Shown one piece after another: positions 44,140 through 56,310 of a DNA stretch of 64,000 nt. Position numbers and translations under genes: made by a program. The DNA is from Acidobacteriota bacterium (GTDB lineage Bacteria > Acidobacteriota > Thermoanaerobaculia > Gp7-AA8), in assembly GCA_019244185.1 (NCBI GenBank), contig JAFATB010000014.1, positions 192,001-256,000 of the forward strand. Direction: 5' to 3'. The number at the start of each line of letters is the position of its first letter. Position 1 is the first letter of the stretch. The notes below the pieces were generated by a model. It was not told the DNA's origin. It ran no database searches and saw nothing but the letters and a program-made list of their open reading frames with translations.

Positions 44140-46193
44140 TGCTGCTCTCCGCGCTCGTGCTGCTGGCCGCGAGCAGCCTCGCCGCGCCGGCGCCGGCTCC
44201 TGTCGCCGGTGAAGTGTGCGTGTTCGCCGGCACGCGACAGCTCGAATGCCGCACGACGTCTGCGCGCCGGTTCGAACTGCCGCGCAAGGATGGCTCGTCG
44301 TTCGTCTGGCATGACCGCGCCTGGACGGAGCTCGCCCTCGGCTCGCTGACAACCTCGCAGAGCGTGGTCGATCTCGACGCGCGCGACTGGCGCGGACACG
44401 CGGTCGCGTTGCGCGTTCTCGGCGACGAGCCACCCGAAAGCGCGACGCTCACCTTCGCGAACGTCGATGCGACGCTCACGCCGAAAGCGATCGCCTCGCT
44501 GCGCCGCCTCTGGCTGCCACGCCTCTCACTGCCGGGCACGGCCGGCACGCTGCTGTTGAGCGCCCCGCACTTTCGCGACGCCTCGCGCAACGTGAAGAAC
44601 GATACGGAAGGACTGGGCACGCTCGCGTTGCAACCGCTGCCGTCGCTGCGCGGCATCGTCGTCAACGCCGACGACAATCAGCCGCGCGGCGACGCGACGA
44701 TCGTGTCGCCGTCGAACGAGACGCTCGCGCGCGCGGGCATCGACGGCCGTTTCCGCGCATGGATCGAGAACGACTGGCCGCCCTTCGTGCGCGTGAGCGC
44801 GCCCGGCCGCGCGACGCTGCAGCTCGCAATTCCGAAAGTCGTCGCCGACGCCGACCTCGGCACCATCGCGCTCAATGCCGGCGGCGCGCTGCACGTCACG
44901 CTCGATGAGACCGCGCCGCTCGATCTGCGCGTGCTGCGCCGCAACGGGCGCACGTGGGACGAGGTCGCGGCGCGCACGCACGTGAGCGGCGCAACGGAGC
45001 TCGCGCAGCTCGAGGCGGGGAGCTACGCCGTCGTCGTGCGCGGCGACGGTCCGCTGCAGCGGCTCGCGCTCGAAACGAACGTGCGCGAAGGCGAGACGAC
45101 GGAGCTGCCGGTGAAGATCGAACCGGCGGAGCTGAACGTGTTCGTGCGCGGACAGGAACCGGGCAAGCCGGTGACGATTGCGCTCGGGCCGTCGAATCAG
45201 ACGTGGCAGACGTCGATCGCGACGGACAACGATGGCCGCGCGACGACGGAGCTGTGGCAGCGTGGCGAGTACGTCGGCTGGATCACCGCGGACGGCACGA
45301 TGCTGCCGCGCGTCGCGACGCTCGACGGCGCGCAGCGCATCGAGTGGACGATCGATCTGCCGCACGCGACGCTCGAAGGGCACGTCGTGGATGACGCGAA
45401 TCAGCCGGTGAGCGGCGCCGAGGTGCAGCTCGACACGCATGCCGAGGGTGCGGCGTCGACGCAGCGGGTCGAGACGACGGATGCGGCGGGCCACTTCGCG
45501 TTCGAGCGCGTCGCTACCGGCACGCAGACGCTCACCGCGACAGCCGAAGGTCATCTGCCGGCGACGACGTCGCTGCTCTTCGGCAGCGGCGAACAGCGCG
45601 AGTCGGTGACGCTGCGCATGCGCAACGGCGTCGCGCGCACGTTGCAGATCGTCGACGCGAATGGTGCGCCGGCCGCCGACGCGACCGTCGTCGACGAGAG
45701 CGGCTTCGAGAACGAGCGCCACACCGACGCGAACGGCTTCGTCACGTTCACGCTCAGCGCGGGCGAACAGAAGACGCTGTACGTGCTGCCGCGCAGCGGC
45801 TCGTTCGCGATCGTCGACGTCAGCGGCGATGCGAAGAACGCCAGCACTCCGCTGCGCGTGGTCGTGCCCGCGGGCGTCGCGGCGATTCGCGTCGCGGCGC
45901 AGACGACCGGCGGCGCGCCGATGACGAACGTCGCGTTCGCGCTGCGCGTCGGCGGACGCATGCTCTCGCCGATGATCCGCTCGGTGATGAGCAACCGCGC
46001 CGGCATTCCGATCCGCACCGGCGACGACGGCAGCGCGCTGCTCGTCGCGGTACCGGCCGGCGTGTACGAGCTGTGGCCGTACTTCACCGGCGACCAGCTG
46101 CGCGCGATCCTCGCCGGCACCACGCCGCCCGAGGCGCGGATCGTCGCGCAGCCGGGTCTCAATCAGGTCGCGTTTCGATTCGAGCGGCCGTAG
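44136..46193 (+). CDS. Secreted protein with carboxypeptidase-regulatory-like (prealbumin-fold) repeats
   Basis: Signal peptide; GHVVDDANQPVSGAEV, TTDAAGHFAF, TDANGFV. Confidence 0.75.
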   Translation: MMLLSALVLLAASSLAAPAPAPVAGEVCVFAGTRQLECRTTSARRFELPRKDGSSFVWHDRAWTELALGSLTTSQSVVDLDARDWRGHAVALRVLGDEPPESATLTFANVDATLTPKAIASLRRLWLPRLSLPGTAGTLLLSAPHFRDASRNVKNDTEGLGTLALQPLPSLRGIVVNADDNQPRGDATIVSPSNETLARAGIDGRFRAWIENDWPPFVRVSAPGRATLQLAIPKVVADADLGTIALNAGGALHVTLDETAPLDLRVLRRNGRTWDEVAARTHVSGATELAQLEAGSYAVVVRGDGPLQRLALETNVREGETTELPVKIEPAELNVFVRGQEPGKPVTIALGPSNQTWQTSIATDNDGRATTELWQRGEYVGWITADGTMLPRVATLDGAQRIEWTIDLPHATLEGHVVDDANQPVSGAEVQLDTHAEGAASTQRVETTDAAGHFAFERVATGTQTLTATAEGHLPATTSLLFGSGEQRESVTLRMRNGVARTLQIVDANGAPAADATVVDESGFENERHTDANGFVTFTLSAGEQKTLYVLPRSGSFAIVDVSGDAKNASTPLRVVVPAGVAAIRVAAQTTGGAPMTNVAFALRVGGRMLSPMIRSVMSNRAGIPIRTGDDGSALLVAVPAGVYELWPYFTGDQLRAILAGTTPPEARIVAQPGLNQVAFRFERP

Positions 46194-46206
46194 GTTCGCT
46201 AGCCGT

Positions 46207-46725
46207 TCACTGCTGCAGCGTCACGACGCCGCACGCGATGCGCGGCCCCGCGTTGCCCGACGGCTGCGACTTCAGATCGTCCGTGCCGCCGTGCAGGATG
46301 AACGCGTGCCCGATCGCCGACGCCTCGCCGGCCGACAGCGTGATCGACTGCGTGGTCACGGTCGTGTGCACTTCGCCGTTCGCTTCGGCGGTGACGTTGC
46401 CGAAGTCGCCGGCGTGGTGCGGCATCATGTCCGGCGCGCCGTGCTGCATCGCGGTCGGGTTGAAGTGGCCGCCGGCGGCGTTGCCGTTGTCGCCGCAGTC
46501 GCCTTTCTCGTGAATGTGAAAGCCGTGCGTTCCCGGCGGCACGCCCATGAGATCGATCTTCATCTGCACGCCGCCCCCGGCGAGCTGCGTGAGCTTGACG
46601 GTGCCGTGCGCGTTCGAGCCGCTGGTCGGCGCGAGCGTCGCCAGCCCCACCGGCTGCGAGGTCGTCATGCAGGCGGCGGCGACGAGCAGGAGAAGTCCGA
46701 GGGAGAGCAGGGAGAGGTTCTTCAT
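46207..46725 (-). CDS. sodC: Cu/Zn superoxide dismutase (lipoprotein)
   Basis: HGFHIHE, GGHFNP, HAGDFGN, H..DD, GNAGPRIACG; lipobox AAC. Confidence 0.92.
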   Translation of the reverse strand: MKNLSLLSLGLLLLVAAACMTTSQPVGLATLAPTSGSNAHGTVKLTQLAGGGVQMKIDLMGVPPGTHGFHIHEKGDCGDNGNAAGGHFNPTAMQHGAPDMMPHHAGDFGNVTAEANGEVHTTVTTQSITLSAGEASAIGHAFILHGGTDDLKSQPSGNAGPRIACGVVTLQQ

Positions 46726-46769
46726 GAATGCTCCTTCCTTCCAATGATTACGATTCTCTGGCCGATGCA

Positions 46770-48197
46770 TCATTGTGACCACCGCGCCAGCGCGCGACCC
46801 ACGCCGCCCAGCCACCCGTTCGCGACGTCCTGATAGTAGAGCGACGCGGCTTTCTGCACGCCGTCGGCGAGCGACGGATACGGCGAGATCCGCTGCGCGA
46901 GGTCGCTGACCTTCATTCCATTGCGGCGCGCGAGCACGAGCTCCTCGATCACCGTCGATGCGTGCGTGCAGAGCGCGTGCGCGCCGAGGATGCGGCCTTT
47001 CGCATCGCAGACGATCTTCAGCAGGCCGGCGGATGCGCGATCGACGACGGCGCGGTCGACGTCGTGCAGCTCGGTCTTGAAGACGCGCACGCCGTCGCCG
47101 TGACGCGCGCGCGCCTCCGCTTCCGTCATGCCGGCACGCGCGGCCTCGGGATCGGTGTAGATCGCCCACGGAATGTCCGTGTAATCGACGGCAGACTTGC
47201 CGGGGAACAGCAGGTTGCGCACGAGCTTCACCGCCTCGTACGCGGCGACGTGCGTGAACTGCAGCCCGCCGTGCACGTCGCCGCACGCCCAGACGCGTGG
47301 CACCGAGGTCTGCAGAAACTTGTCGACGACGACGTACGAGCGTTCGACGTGCACGCCGGCCGCTTCGAGGCCGAGGTCCTCGGTATTGCCGCGGCGTCCC
47401 GATGCGACGAACAGCTCGTCGACGGCGAGCTCGCGCGACGGTCCGTCGTGATGTTCGATGCGCGCGAACTTCTTCACGCCGTCGCTGCGCACCGACTTCA
47501 CCGCGAAGCCGGTGATGATCTCGATGCCTTCCGCTTCGAGCAGCTCGCGCAGGCGCGCGACGATCTCCGCGTCTTCCTTCGCGAGGATGGTGTCGGCCAT
47601 CTCAACGACGGTGACGCGCGCGCCGAAGCGTGCGAAGACCTGCGCGAACTCGATGCCGATCGCGCCGCCGCCGAGAATCAGGAGCGACGCCGGAAAGTCA
47701 TCCTGCTGCAGAAACGAAACGTGGTCGAGAAAGCCGGCGTCGCGCAGACCGTCGACCGGCGGCACCGCGGTGCGCGAGCCGGTGGCGAGGACGACGTCTT
47801 TCGCGGTGATGCGGCGGCCGTCGACGTCGACTTCACCCGCGGCGACGAGTCGCGCGCGGCCGATGATGACGTCGATGCCGAGGGCGCGGAACTTCGCCGG
47901 ATCGTCGTGCGGCGCGATGGCGGCGCGCTGCGCGCGCATCGAGTCCATCACCGACTTCGGTGTGATCCGCGGCGCGACCGGCTCGAGGCCGAACGCATCC
48001 GCGTGACGCATCTGATGCGCGAGCTTCGCGGAGGCGACCAGCGCTTTCGTCGGCACGCAGCCGGTCCAGAGACAATCGCCGCCGAGGACCTCGCGTTCGA
48101 TGAGCGCGACCTTGCGCCCGAGCCGCGCGCAGCCGGAGGCGGTGACGAGGCCGGCGGTGCCGCCGCCGATGACGACGACGTCGTATTGCGCGGTCAT
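46770..48197 (-). CDS. Class I pyridine nucleotide-disulfide oxidoreductase (MerA/LpdA-like)
   Basis: GGGTAG, GGDCLWTGCVPTK, GGGAIG, ACGDV, PYPSL. Confidence 0.88.
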   Translation of the reverse strand: MTAQYDVVVIGGGTAGLVTASGCARLGRKVALIEREVLGGDCLWTGCVPTKALVASAKLAHQMRHADAFGLEPVAPRITPKSVMDSMRAQRAAIAPHDDPAKFRALGIDVIIGRARLVAAGEVDVDGRRITAKDVVLATGSRTAVPPVDGLRDAGFLDHVSFLQQDDFPASLLILGGGAIGIEFAQVFARFGARVTVVEMADTILAKEDAEIVARLRELLEAEGIEIITGFAVKSVRSDGVKKFARIEHHDGPSRELAVDELFVASGRRGNTEDLGLEAAGVHVERSYVVVDKFLQTSVPRVWACGDVHGGLQFTHVAAYEAVKLVRNLLFPGKSAVDYTDIPWAIYTDPEAARAGMTEAEARARHGDGVRVFKTELHDVDRAVVDRASAGLLKIVCDAKGRILGAHALCTHASTVIEELVLARRNGMKVSDLAQRISPYPSLADGVQKAASLYYQDVANGWLGGVGRALARWSQ

Positions 48198-48586
48198 GAG
48201 ACGTACACCGTCACCTTCCGCTCGCGCGGTCCATCGAGCTCGACGAAGTAGATCCCCTGCCACGTGCCCAGCACGAGCCTGCCGTTGCGATACGGCCACT
48301 GCAGCGAGCAGCCGATCATCATCGACAGCAGATGCGCGTCCGAGTTGCCTTCGCCGTGCGCGAACCGCACGTTCGGGATCATCGCGCGCAGCGCCTTCAC
48401 GAGATCGGCGGGGACGTCGGGATCCGCGTTCTCGTTGATGGAGATCGCGCACGTGGTGTGCGGCACGATGATGGTGCAGATGCCGTCGCGCGCGTCGAGC
48501 GCTTGCAGCGCGTCGTCGACTTCGCGCGTCACCAGCAGGATCTGCTCGCGCGCGCTCGTGCGCACGCGGAACGTCCGCTCTTGCAT
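48194..48586 (-). CDS. yjbQ: YjbQ/UPF0047 family protein
   Basis: PHTT, NENADPDV, NSDAH, LGTWQGIYFVELDGPR. Confidence 0.92.
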   Translation of the reverse strand: MQERTFRVRTSAREQILLVTREVDDALQALDARDGICTIIVPHTTCAISINENADPDVPADLVKALRAMIPNVRFAHGEGNSDAHLLSMMIGCSLQWPYRNGRLVLGTWQGIYFVELDGPRERKVTVYVS

Positions 48587-48628
48587 CGTGCGATCATATA
48601 ATTCCGGTTACAGCCGCACCCCCACGTC

Positions 48629-50245
48629 ATGGCCTTCTTCTGCATTCATTGCAAATCGGAAGTCGATCCGAAATTCAAGGCCTGTCCTTTCTGCGGCGAG
48701 CCGATCACCGAGTTCCTCCGCCGCTATCTCGAGACGCCGCTCGATGGGAAGTACCAGATCCTCTCGCGCCTCGGTGTCGGCGGCATGGGCGAGGTCTACA
48801 AGGTCCTCCACATCCATCTCAATGCCATTCGCGTCATCAAGCTGATGCGCGCGAACATCGCCACCGATCCCGCGGCGCACGAGCGCTTCCTGCGCGAGGC
48901 ACGGCTGGCGACGAAGATCCATCACCCGAACGTCGCCACGCTCTTCGACTTCTCGACGCTCGACGAGACCTCGCGCTACATGGTCTGGGAGTACATCGAG
49001 GGGATCAATCTCCACGAACTCATCGACCAGCGCGGGCCGCTCTCGCCGCGCTACGCCGCACGCCTCGCTGTCGAGGCGCTGCACGGCCTCGACGCCATTC
49101 ATCGCGCCGGCATCGTGCACCGCGACGTCAGCCCCGAGAACCTCATGATCACGCGCGATGATGAAGGCGACGAGCGCGTGAAGATCATCGACCTCGGCAT
49201 CGCCAAAGGCTCCGGCGCCGAGGACAACAAGACCAAGACGGGGATGTTCGTCGGCAAGTGGAAGTACTGCTCGCCCGAGCACCTCGGCATGCTGCCGCCC
49301 GGCGAGCGCATCGACGGCCGCGCGGATCTCTATTCGTTCGGCATCGTCTTCTACGAGATGCTCACCGGCGTGCCGCCGTTCCAGGCCGACACGCCGCACG
49401 CGTTTCTGATGATGCACGCCTCGCAGCGGCCGCGCGCGCTGCGCGAGACGAATCCCGGCATCGCCGTGCCGCCGGAGCTCGAGGCGCTGATCTTCCGAGC
49501 GCTGGAGAAGGATCGGAACAACCGCTTCGCGAGCGCGCGCGAGTTCGCGACCGCCATCGAGCGCATCGCGCCGTCGCTCTCCGATGAGGCGGGCGCGCCG
49601 CCGCCGTTGCCCGCGAGCGCGGAGCTGACCGACAACGCGACGCGCATGTCGGCGCGCGAACCGAACGACGTCGCCACGGTGATGTCCGTCGCCAGTCACG
49701 CGCCGACGGTCGCCACGGAACGCCCGACAGCCGCCGCTGCCGAACGCGCGCAACCGGCCGCGCAACGCACGCTGCATCGCGTGCCGCCGGCGGAGGAAGC
49801 GCCGCAGCCGTCGGCGCGGCGCGGCGGATTGTTCGTCGCGGCGATCGTGCTCGTCCTGCTCGCGCTCGGCGCGTTTGCATGGATGAAGATGCGTGGCGGC
49901 GATGCGAAGCCCGACGTTGCCGCGCCACCGCTCGCCGCGGCGGCCGTGCCGTCGCCTGCCATCGCCGCGGCGCCGGGACACTTGGGTATCAATGCATTCC
50001 CGTGGGCGAACGTCACCAGCATCCGCAATCTCGACCGCAATGAGAACGTGGAGGTCGGCGCGCTGGTCACGCCGGCGCCGGTCGATCTGCCGCCGGGGCG
50101 CTACGAGGTCACGCTTTCGAACCCGAACTTTCCCGCGCCGATCACGCGCACGGTGAACGTCGCCGCCGGACGCGATGCGACGCTCAGCGTGCAGTTCGCC
50201 GATCCGGCCAGCGCCGCGCTGCCCGACTTCGGAGCGGCGCGATGA
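48629..50245 (+). CDS. Ser/Thr kinase with N-terminal zinc ribbon, TM and PEGA-like C-terminus
   Basis: CIHC..CPFC; GVGGMGEVY; HRDVSPEN; DLGIAK; YCSPE. Confidence 0.9.
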   Translation: MAFFCIHCKSEVDPKFKACPFCGEPITEFLRRYLETPLDGKYQILSRLGVGGMGEVYKVLHIHLNAIRVIKLMRANIATDPAAHERFLREARLATKIHHPNVATLFDFSTLDETSRYMVWEYIEGINLHELIDQRGPLSPRYAARLAVEALHGLDAIHRAGIVHRDVSPENLMITRDDEGDERVKIIDLGIAKGSGAEDNKTKTGMFVGKWKYCSPEHLGMLPPGERIDGRADLYSFGIVFYEMLTGVPPFQADTPHAFLMMHASQRPRALRETNPGIAVPPELEALIFRALEKDRNNRFASAREFATAIERIAPSLSDEAGAPPPLPASAELTDNATRMSAREPNDVATVMSVASHAPTVATERPTAAAAERAQPAAQRTLHRVPPAEEAPQPSARRGGLFVAAIVLVLLALGAFAWMKMRGGDAKPDVAAPPLAAAAVPSPAIAAAPGHLGINAFPWANVTSIRNLDRNENVEVGALVTPAPVDLPPGRYEVTLSNPNFPAPITRTVNVAAGRDATLSVQFADPASAALPDFGAAR

Positions 50246-51711
50246 AGCGGCTCACGTGCGCGCTGCTGCTGTTTGTCGCGATGCCCTTGTTCGCGGCGAC
50301 GGACGCGTGGTGGGACGCGTATCAGCGCGGCACGACGGCCGTGAACGCGCGCAACTATCGCGCGGCCGCGGACGCGCTGCAGCAGGCGCTGGCGAGCAAT
50401 CCGAACGAAGGAATCAACATCCGCACGGGGAATCTCCTCGTCACGTACGTCCCGCATTTCTGGCTCGGCATCGCGAAGTTCAACCTCGGCGATCCGGACG
50501 GCGCGCTGCGCGAGTGGCGCATGTCCGAGGAGCAGGGGGCGATCGCGAAGACGGAGTACTACGCGCGGCTAAAGGACTGGGTCGCGCGCGCACAGACGGA
50601 GAAGCAGCGCATCGCCGACAACGCGGCGTCGGGACCGAAGAAGAGCGCCGGCGATGCGATCAGCCGCGCGGTGCTCGCGCAGGCCGCCGCCGCGGGCGCG
50701 GGCGGCGATCGCACCGACAGCTATGTCGCCGGCTTGCGCAAGCTGCAGGAAGCGAACGCGCAGTTCCGCAAAGCGGGCGCGGACGTCGACGCGTATCGCG
50801 GCGCGGAGCAGATCGCGCAGCAGGCGAGCGCGCTGTTCTCGACGGCCGCGGATCAGGCGAAGAAAGAGAAGGCCGCGCGCGCCGCGGCCGCCGCCGCGAT
50901 TCCGCCGAAGCCGCGCGAGACCGCGATCGTGGTGCCAATGTCGACGCCCGCGACGACCACGACCGCGCCGCCACCCACGCCGTCGCCCGCACCGGTCGTG
51001 ACCGCGAAGCCTGCGCCGGCGCAGGCTCAAGCGCCGAGCCAGACATCGGGCGACATCCAGAGCGAAGCGGAAGTCGAGGCGAACGTCGCCGTGCAGCAGT
51101 ACCGCCGCCACATCGGCGATGCCGTCGCCGCCGCGCGTACGCCGCTGCAACATCGCTTGCTGCAAATCGAGACGCGCGAAGGCGAGACGCTGCGCAGGCA
51201 GCTCGCCGCCGCGACGAACGACGCGGAGTTCCAGCGCATCGCCCGCGCCGCCGCCGCGCGCGAGCAGGCGCTGACGAAGCGGCTCGCGGAGCTGATGCCC
51301 GCGCCACCGCCCGCCCCCGCGGCTGTTGCCGCGACGACGCCGGCCTCGTCGCCCGCCGCCACCCCGGCGCCCGCGTTGACCTCCGCGCCGACGGCGACGC
51401 ACGCCTCCGCGCCCACCGCGACGCCCGAACTGCGCGACGCCTTCCGCGCGTATGCCGCCGGCGACCTCGCGTCGTCAGAAACGCTGCTCACGAACCTCCT
51501 CGCGCAGCACGCGACCGCGGAGGCATACCTGCTGCGCGGCATCGCGCGCTACACGCGAGCGATGCTCTCGCGCACGCCCGATGCGCTTCTCGCGCAGGCG
51601 ACGGCGGACTTTCGCGCCGCGCTCACGCAGAACGCCGCGCTGCGCCTCGACACGAACGCGTTCTCGCCGAAGCTCGTGTCGTTCTTCGACCGCGTGCGGA
51701 CGGGGCGCTGA
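50242..51711 (+). CDS. Secreted TPR-like protein with Pro/Ala/Thr linkers
   Basis: Signal peptide; YVPHFWLG; AYLLRGIARY..FSPK; coupled to the kinase gene. Confidence 0.7.
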   Translation: MKRLTCALLLFVAMPLFAATDAWWDAYQRGTTAVNARNYRAAADALQQALASNPNEGINIRTGNLLVTYVPHFWLGIAKFNLGDPDGALREWRMSEEQGAIAKTEYYARLKDWVARAQTEKQRIADNAASGPKKSAGDAISRAVLAQAAAAGAGGDRTDSYVAGLRKLQEANAQFRKAGADVDAYRGAEQIAQQASALFSTAADQAKKEKAARAAAAAAIPPKPRETAIVVPMSTPATTTTAPPPTPSPAPVVTAKPAPAQAQAPSQTSGDIQSEAEVEANVAVQQYRRHIGDAVAAARTPLQHRLLQIETREGETLRRQLAAATNDAEFQRIARAAAAREQALTKRLAELMPAPPPAPAAVAATTPASSPAATPAPALTSAPTATHASAPTATPELRDAFRAYAAGDLASSETLLTNLLAQHATAEAYLLRGIARYTRAMLSRTPDALLAQATADFRAALTQNAALRLDTNAFSPKLVSFFDRVRTGR

Positions 51712-51727
51712 TGCGCTGAGCGCTACG

Positions 51728-52681
51728 ATGACCCGCACCATCGACATCGCGCGCGCCGCGGCGCGGCTCGCGTCGTACGCCTCAGCGACGCCGCTCGTGC
51801 CGTCGCTGCTCCTCTCGCGCGAGCTCGACTGCGAGGTCTTCGTGAAGAACGAGACCGTGTCGCCGATCGCCTCGTTCAAGTGGCGCGGCGCGCTGAACGC
51901 GATTCTCCGCGAGCACGCCGCGCCGCGCGGCGTCGTCACGTCATCGACGGGCAATCATGGGCAAGGCGTGGCGTGGGCGGCGCGTACGGCCGGCATCCCC
52001 GCGCACATCTTTCTCCCGCTCGGTGCGAATCCGACCAAGCGCGCGAAGATCGCGCTCCTCGGCGCGACGATCCACGACATCGGTCACGATCTCGACGCGG
52101 CGAAGGAACTCGCCATCCAGTTCGCGCGCGACGAAGAGCTGCTCTTCGTCGATGACGGCGAGAGCGACGCGGTCATCGAAGGCGCCGGCACGATCGGCCG
52201 TGAGATCGCGCAGACGCTCGACGCCGTCGACGTCGTCTATACCGGCATGGGCAGCGGTTCGCTCGCGAGCGGCGTCGCCATCGCGGTGAAGGAGCGCTTT
52301 CCGCAAGCGCGCATCGTGACCGTGCAGGCGAAAGGCTCGCCGGCGATGGTGGAGAGCTTTCACGCGCGCCGCGCGATCGAGCGTCCGATCGAAACGCGCA
52401 TCGCCGACGGGCTCGTCGCGCGCGTGCCGGCGCGGCTCGCGCTCGAGCTGCTGCTCGCGTACGTCGACGACGCGATCGCCGTCTCCGACGACGAGCTGCT
52501 CGCCGCCACGCGCGCGATGATCCTCTCCGCGCAGCTGCTGGTCGAGCCGTCCGGCGCCGCGGCGCTCGCGGGCGCGCTGCAGCAGCGCGCGTCGTTTCGC
52601 GGCAAACGCGTCGTGCTCATCGCCACGGGAGCAAACCTGACGGCGGAGCTGTTTGCGAGGCTGCATGACGGCACCCGCTGA
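51728..52681 (+). CDS. PLP-dependent threonine/serine dehydratase family
   Basis: SFKWRGA, SSTGNHGQGVA, GMGSGSL, EPSGAA, TGAN. Confidence 0.9.
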   Translation: MTRTIDIARAAARLASYASATPLVPSLLLSRELDCEVFVKNETVSPIASFKWRGALNAILREHAAPRGVVTSSTGNHGQGVAWAARTAGIPAHIFLPLGANPTKRAKIALLGATIHDIGHDLDAAKELAIQFARDEELLFVDDGESDAVIEGAGTIGREIAQTLDAVDVVYTGMGSGSLASGVAIAVKERFPQARIVTVQAKGSPAMVESFHARRAIERPIETRIADGLVARVPARLALELLLAYVDDAIAVSDDELLAATRAMILSAQLLVEPSGAAALAGALQQRASFRGKRVVLIATGANLTAELFARLHDGTR

Positions 52682-53213
52682 AGTCCTCCTCCTGGGCGAC
52701 GCGCGCCTGCGCGTGTGTTCCGCCGAAGTCGAGCGCTTCGACGACGCGAACGCCTTCGACACGCTCGCGGCGACGCTCGACGCGTTTCGCAGGACTCACG
52801 GCTTCGGCCGCGCCATCTCCGCGCCGCAGATCGGTATCGCGCAACGCTTCATCGCGACGAACCTCGGCCGCGGCACGTTCTTCATCGTCAATCCGGTGAT
52901 CACGTGGCGCAGCGCGGAGACGTTCACGATGTGGGACGACTGCATGAGTTTTCCCGACCTCCTCGTGCGCGTGGCGCGGCACGAATCGATCTCGCTCGAT
53001 TACGTCGACGAGACCGGCGCGGCGAAGACGTGGAAGGAGCTTGATCGCGCGGTCGCGGAACTGCTGCAGCACGAGATCGATCACCTGGACGGCATCCTGG
53101 CCGTCGACCGTGCGCTGGACCGCGACTCGCTGGTGATGAAGCGCGTGTACGACGCGGAGCGAGAACGGTTCGACGCGATGGTGGATTACACCATCGCGTC
53201 GACGATTGTCTGA
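52665..53213 (+). CDS. def: Peptide deformylase-like protein
   Basis: GRAISAPQIG, DDCMSFP, QHEIDHLDG. Confidence 0.8.
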   Translation: MTAPAEVLLLGDARLRVCSAEVERFDDANAFDTLAATLDAFRRTHGFGRAISAPQIGIAQRFIATNLGRGTFFIVNPVITWRSAETFTMWDDCMSFPDLLVRVARHESISLDYVDETGAAKTWKELDRAVAELLQHEIDHLDGILAVDRALDRDSLVMKRVYDAERERFDAMVDYTIASTIV

Positions 53214-53216
53214 GCG

Positions 53217-53663
53217 CTACTTCGTGAGCTCGACGCCGTTCGCGACGAAGGAGACTTCGCGCGCGGTGCCGTCGGCGTTGCGCGTCAGTTTCGCGCCTTC
53301 GCCTTCGAGGTGATCCGCTTCCTCTTTGGTCAACGTCTTGACCGTCGTCACGCCGGCGAGCCGGGCGTGATAGCCGTTGCTCGCGGTCGGGACGAAGAAG
53401 CCGTAGTCCTTGAAGGTCACGCGAACGCCGGTCTTGTCGTTCGCCGGTGCGAGCTGCATCCAGCAGCCCATCTCCTGGCAGGTCGCGGTGATGACGCCCT
53501 CGGTAACGACGGCGTCCTTCGTGTACGCCTCCGGCTTGTCGAGGATCTGCGCGAGTGCGACGACCGGCGCGTCCTTCGCGATGGCGGCGCCGCGCGTGAC
53601 GACCTCGCCGCCGGCAAGCGTGCCGGCGACGAGGAGGGAGAGAGCGATTGCAAGTTGCTTCAT
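53217..53663 (-). CDS. DUF4920-family secreted OB-fold protein
   Basis: TCQEMGCWM, VTFKDYGFFVP, EEADHL, FVANGV. Confidence 0.82.
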   Translation of the reverse strand: MKQLAIALSLLVAGTLAGGEVVTRGAAIAKDAPVVALAQILDKPEAYTKDAVVTEGVITATCQEMGCWMQLAPANDKTGVRVTFKDYGFFVPTASNGYHARLAGVTTVKTLTKEEADHLEGEGAKLTRNADGTAREVSFVANGVELTK

Positions 53664-53667
53664 GCGA

Positions 53668-56181
<2,514 letters not shown>

Positions 56182-56310
56182 GATTCCTCCGTGATGTGGA
56201 TGAAGGACCCGACTCGGAGAGGCAGCGAGGGCGCGCCTCTCCCGTGGCTCCGGGTCGTTTGGGCGCGCGGATTGTAGCGGATTGCCGCCGCTACGTCACC
56301 ACGGCCGCGC

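Noticed and set aside
46770-48197. Mercuric reductase merA
   Set aside because: No C-terminal Cys-Cys pair, no NmerA domain and no mer operon; kept as a generic disulfide oxidoreductase.
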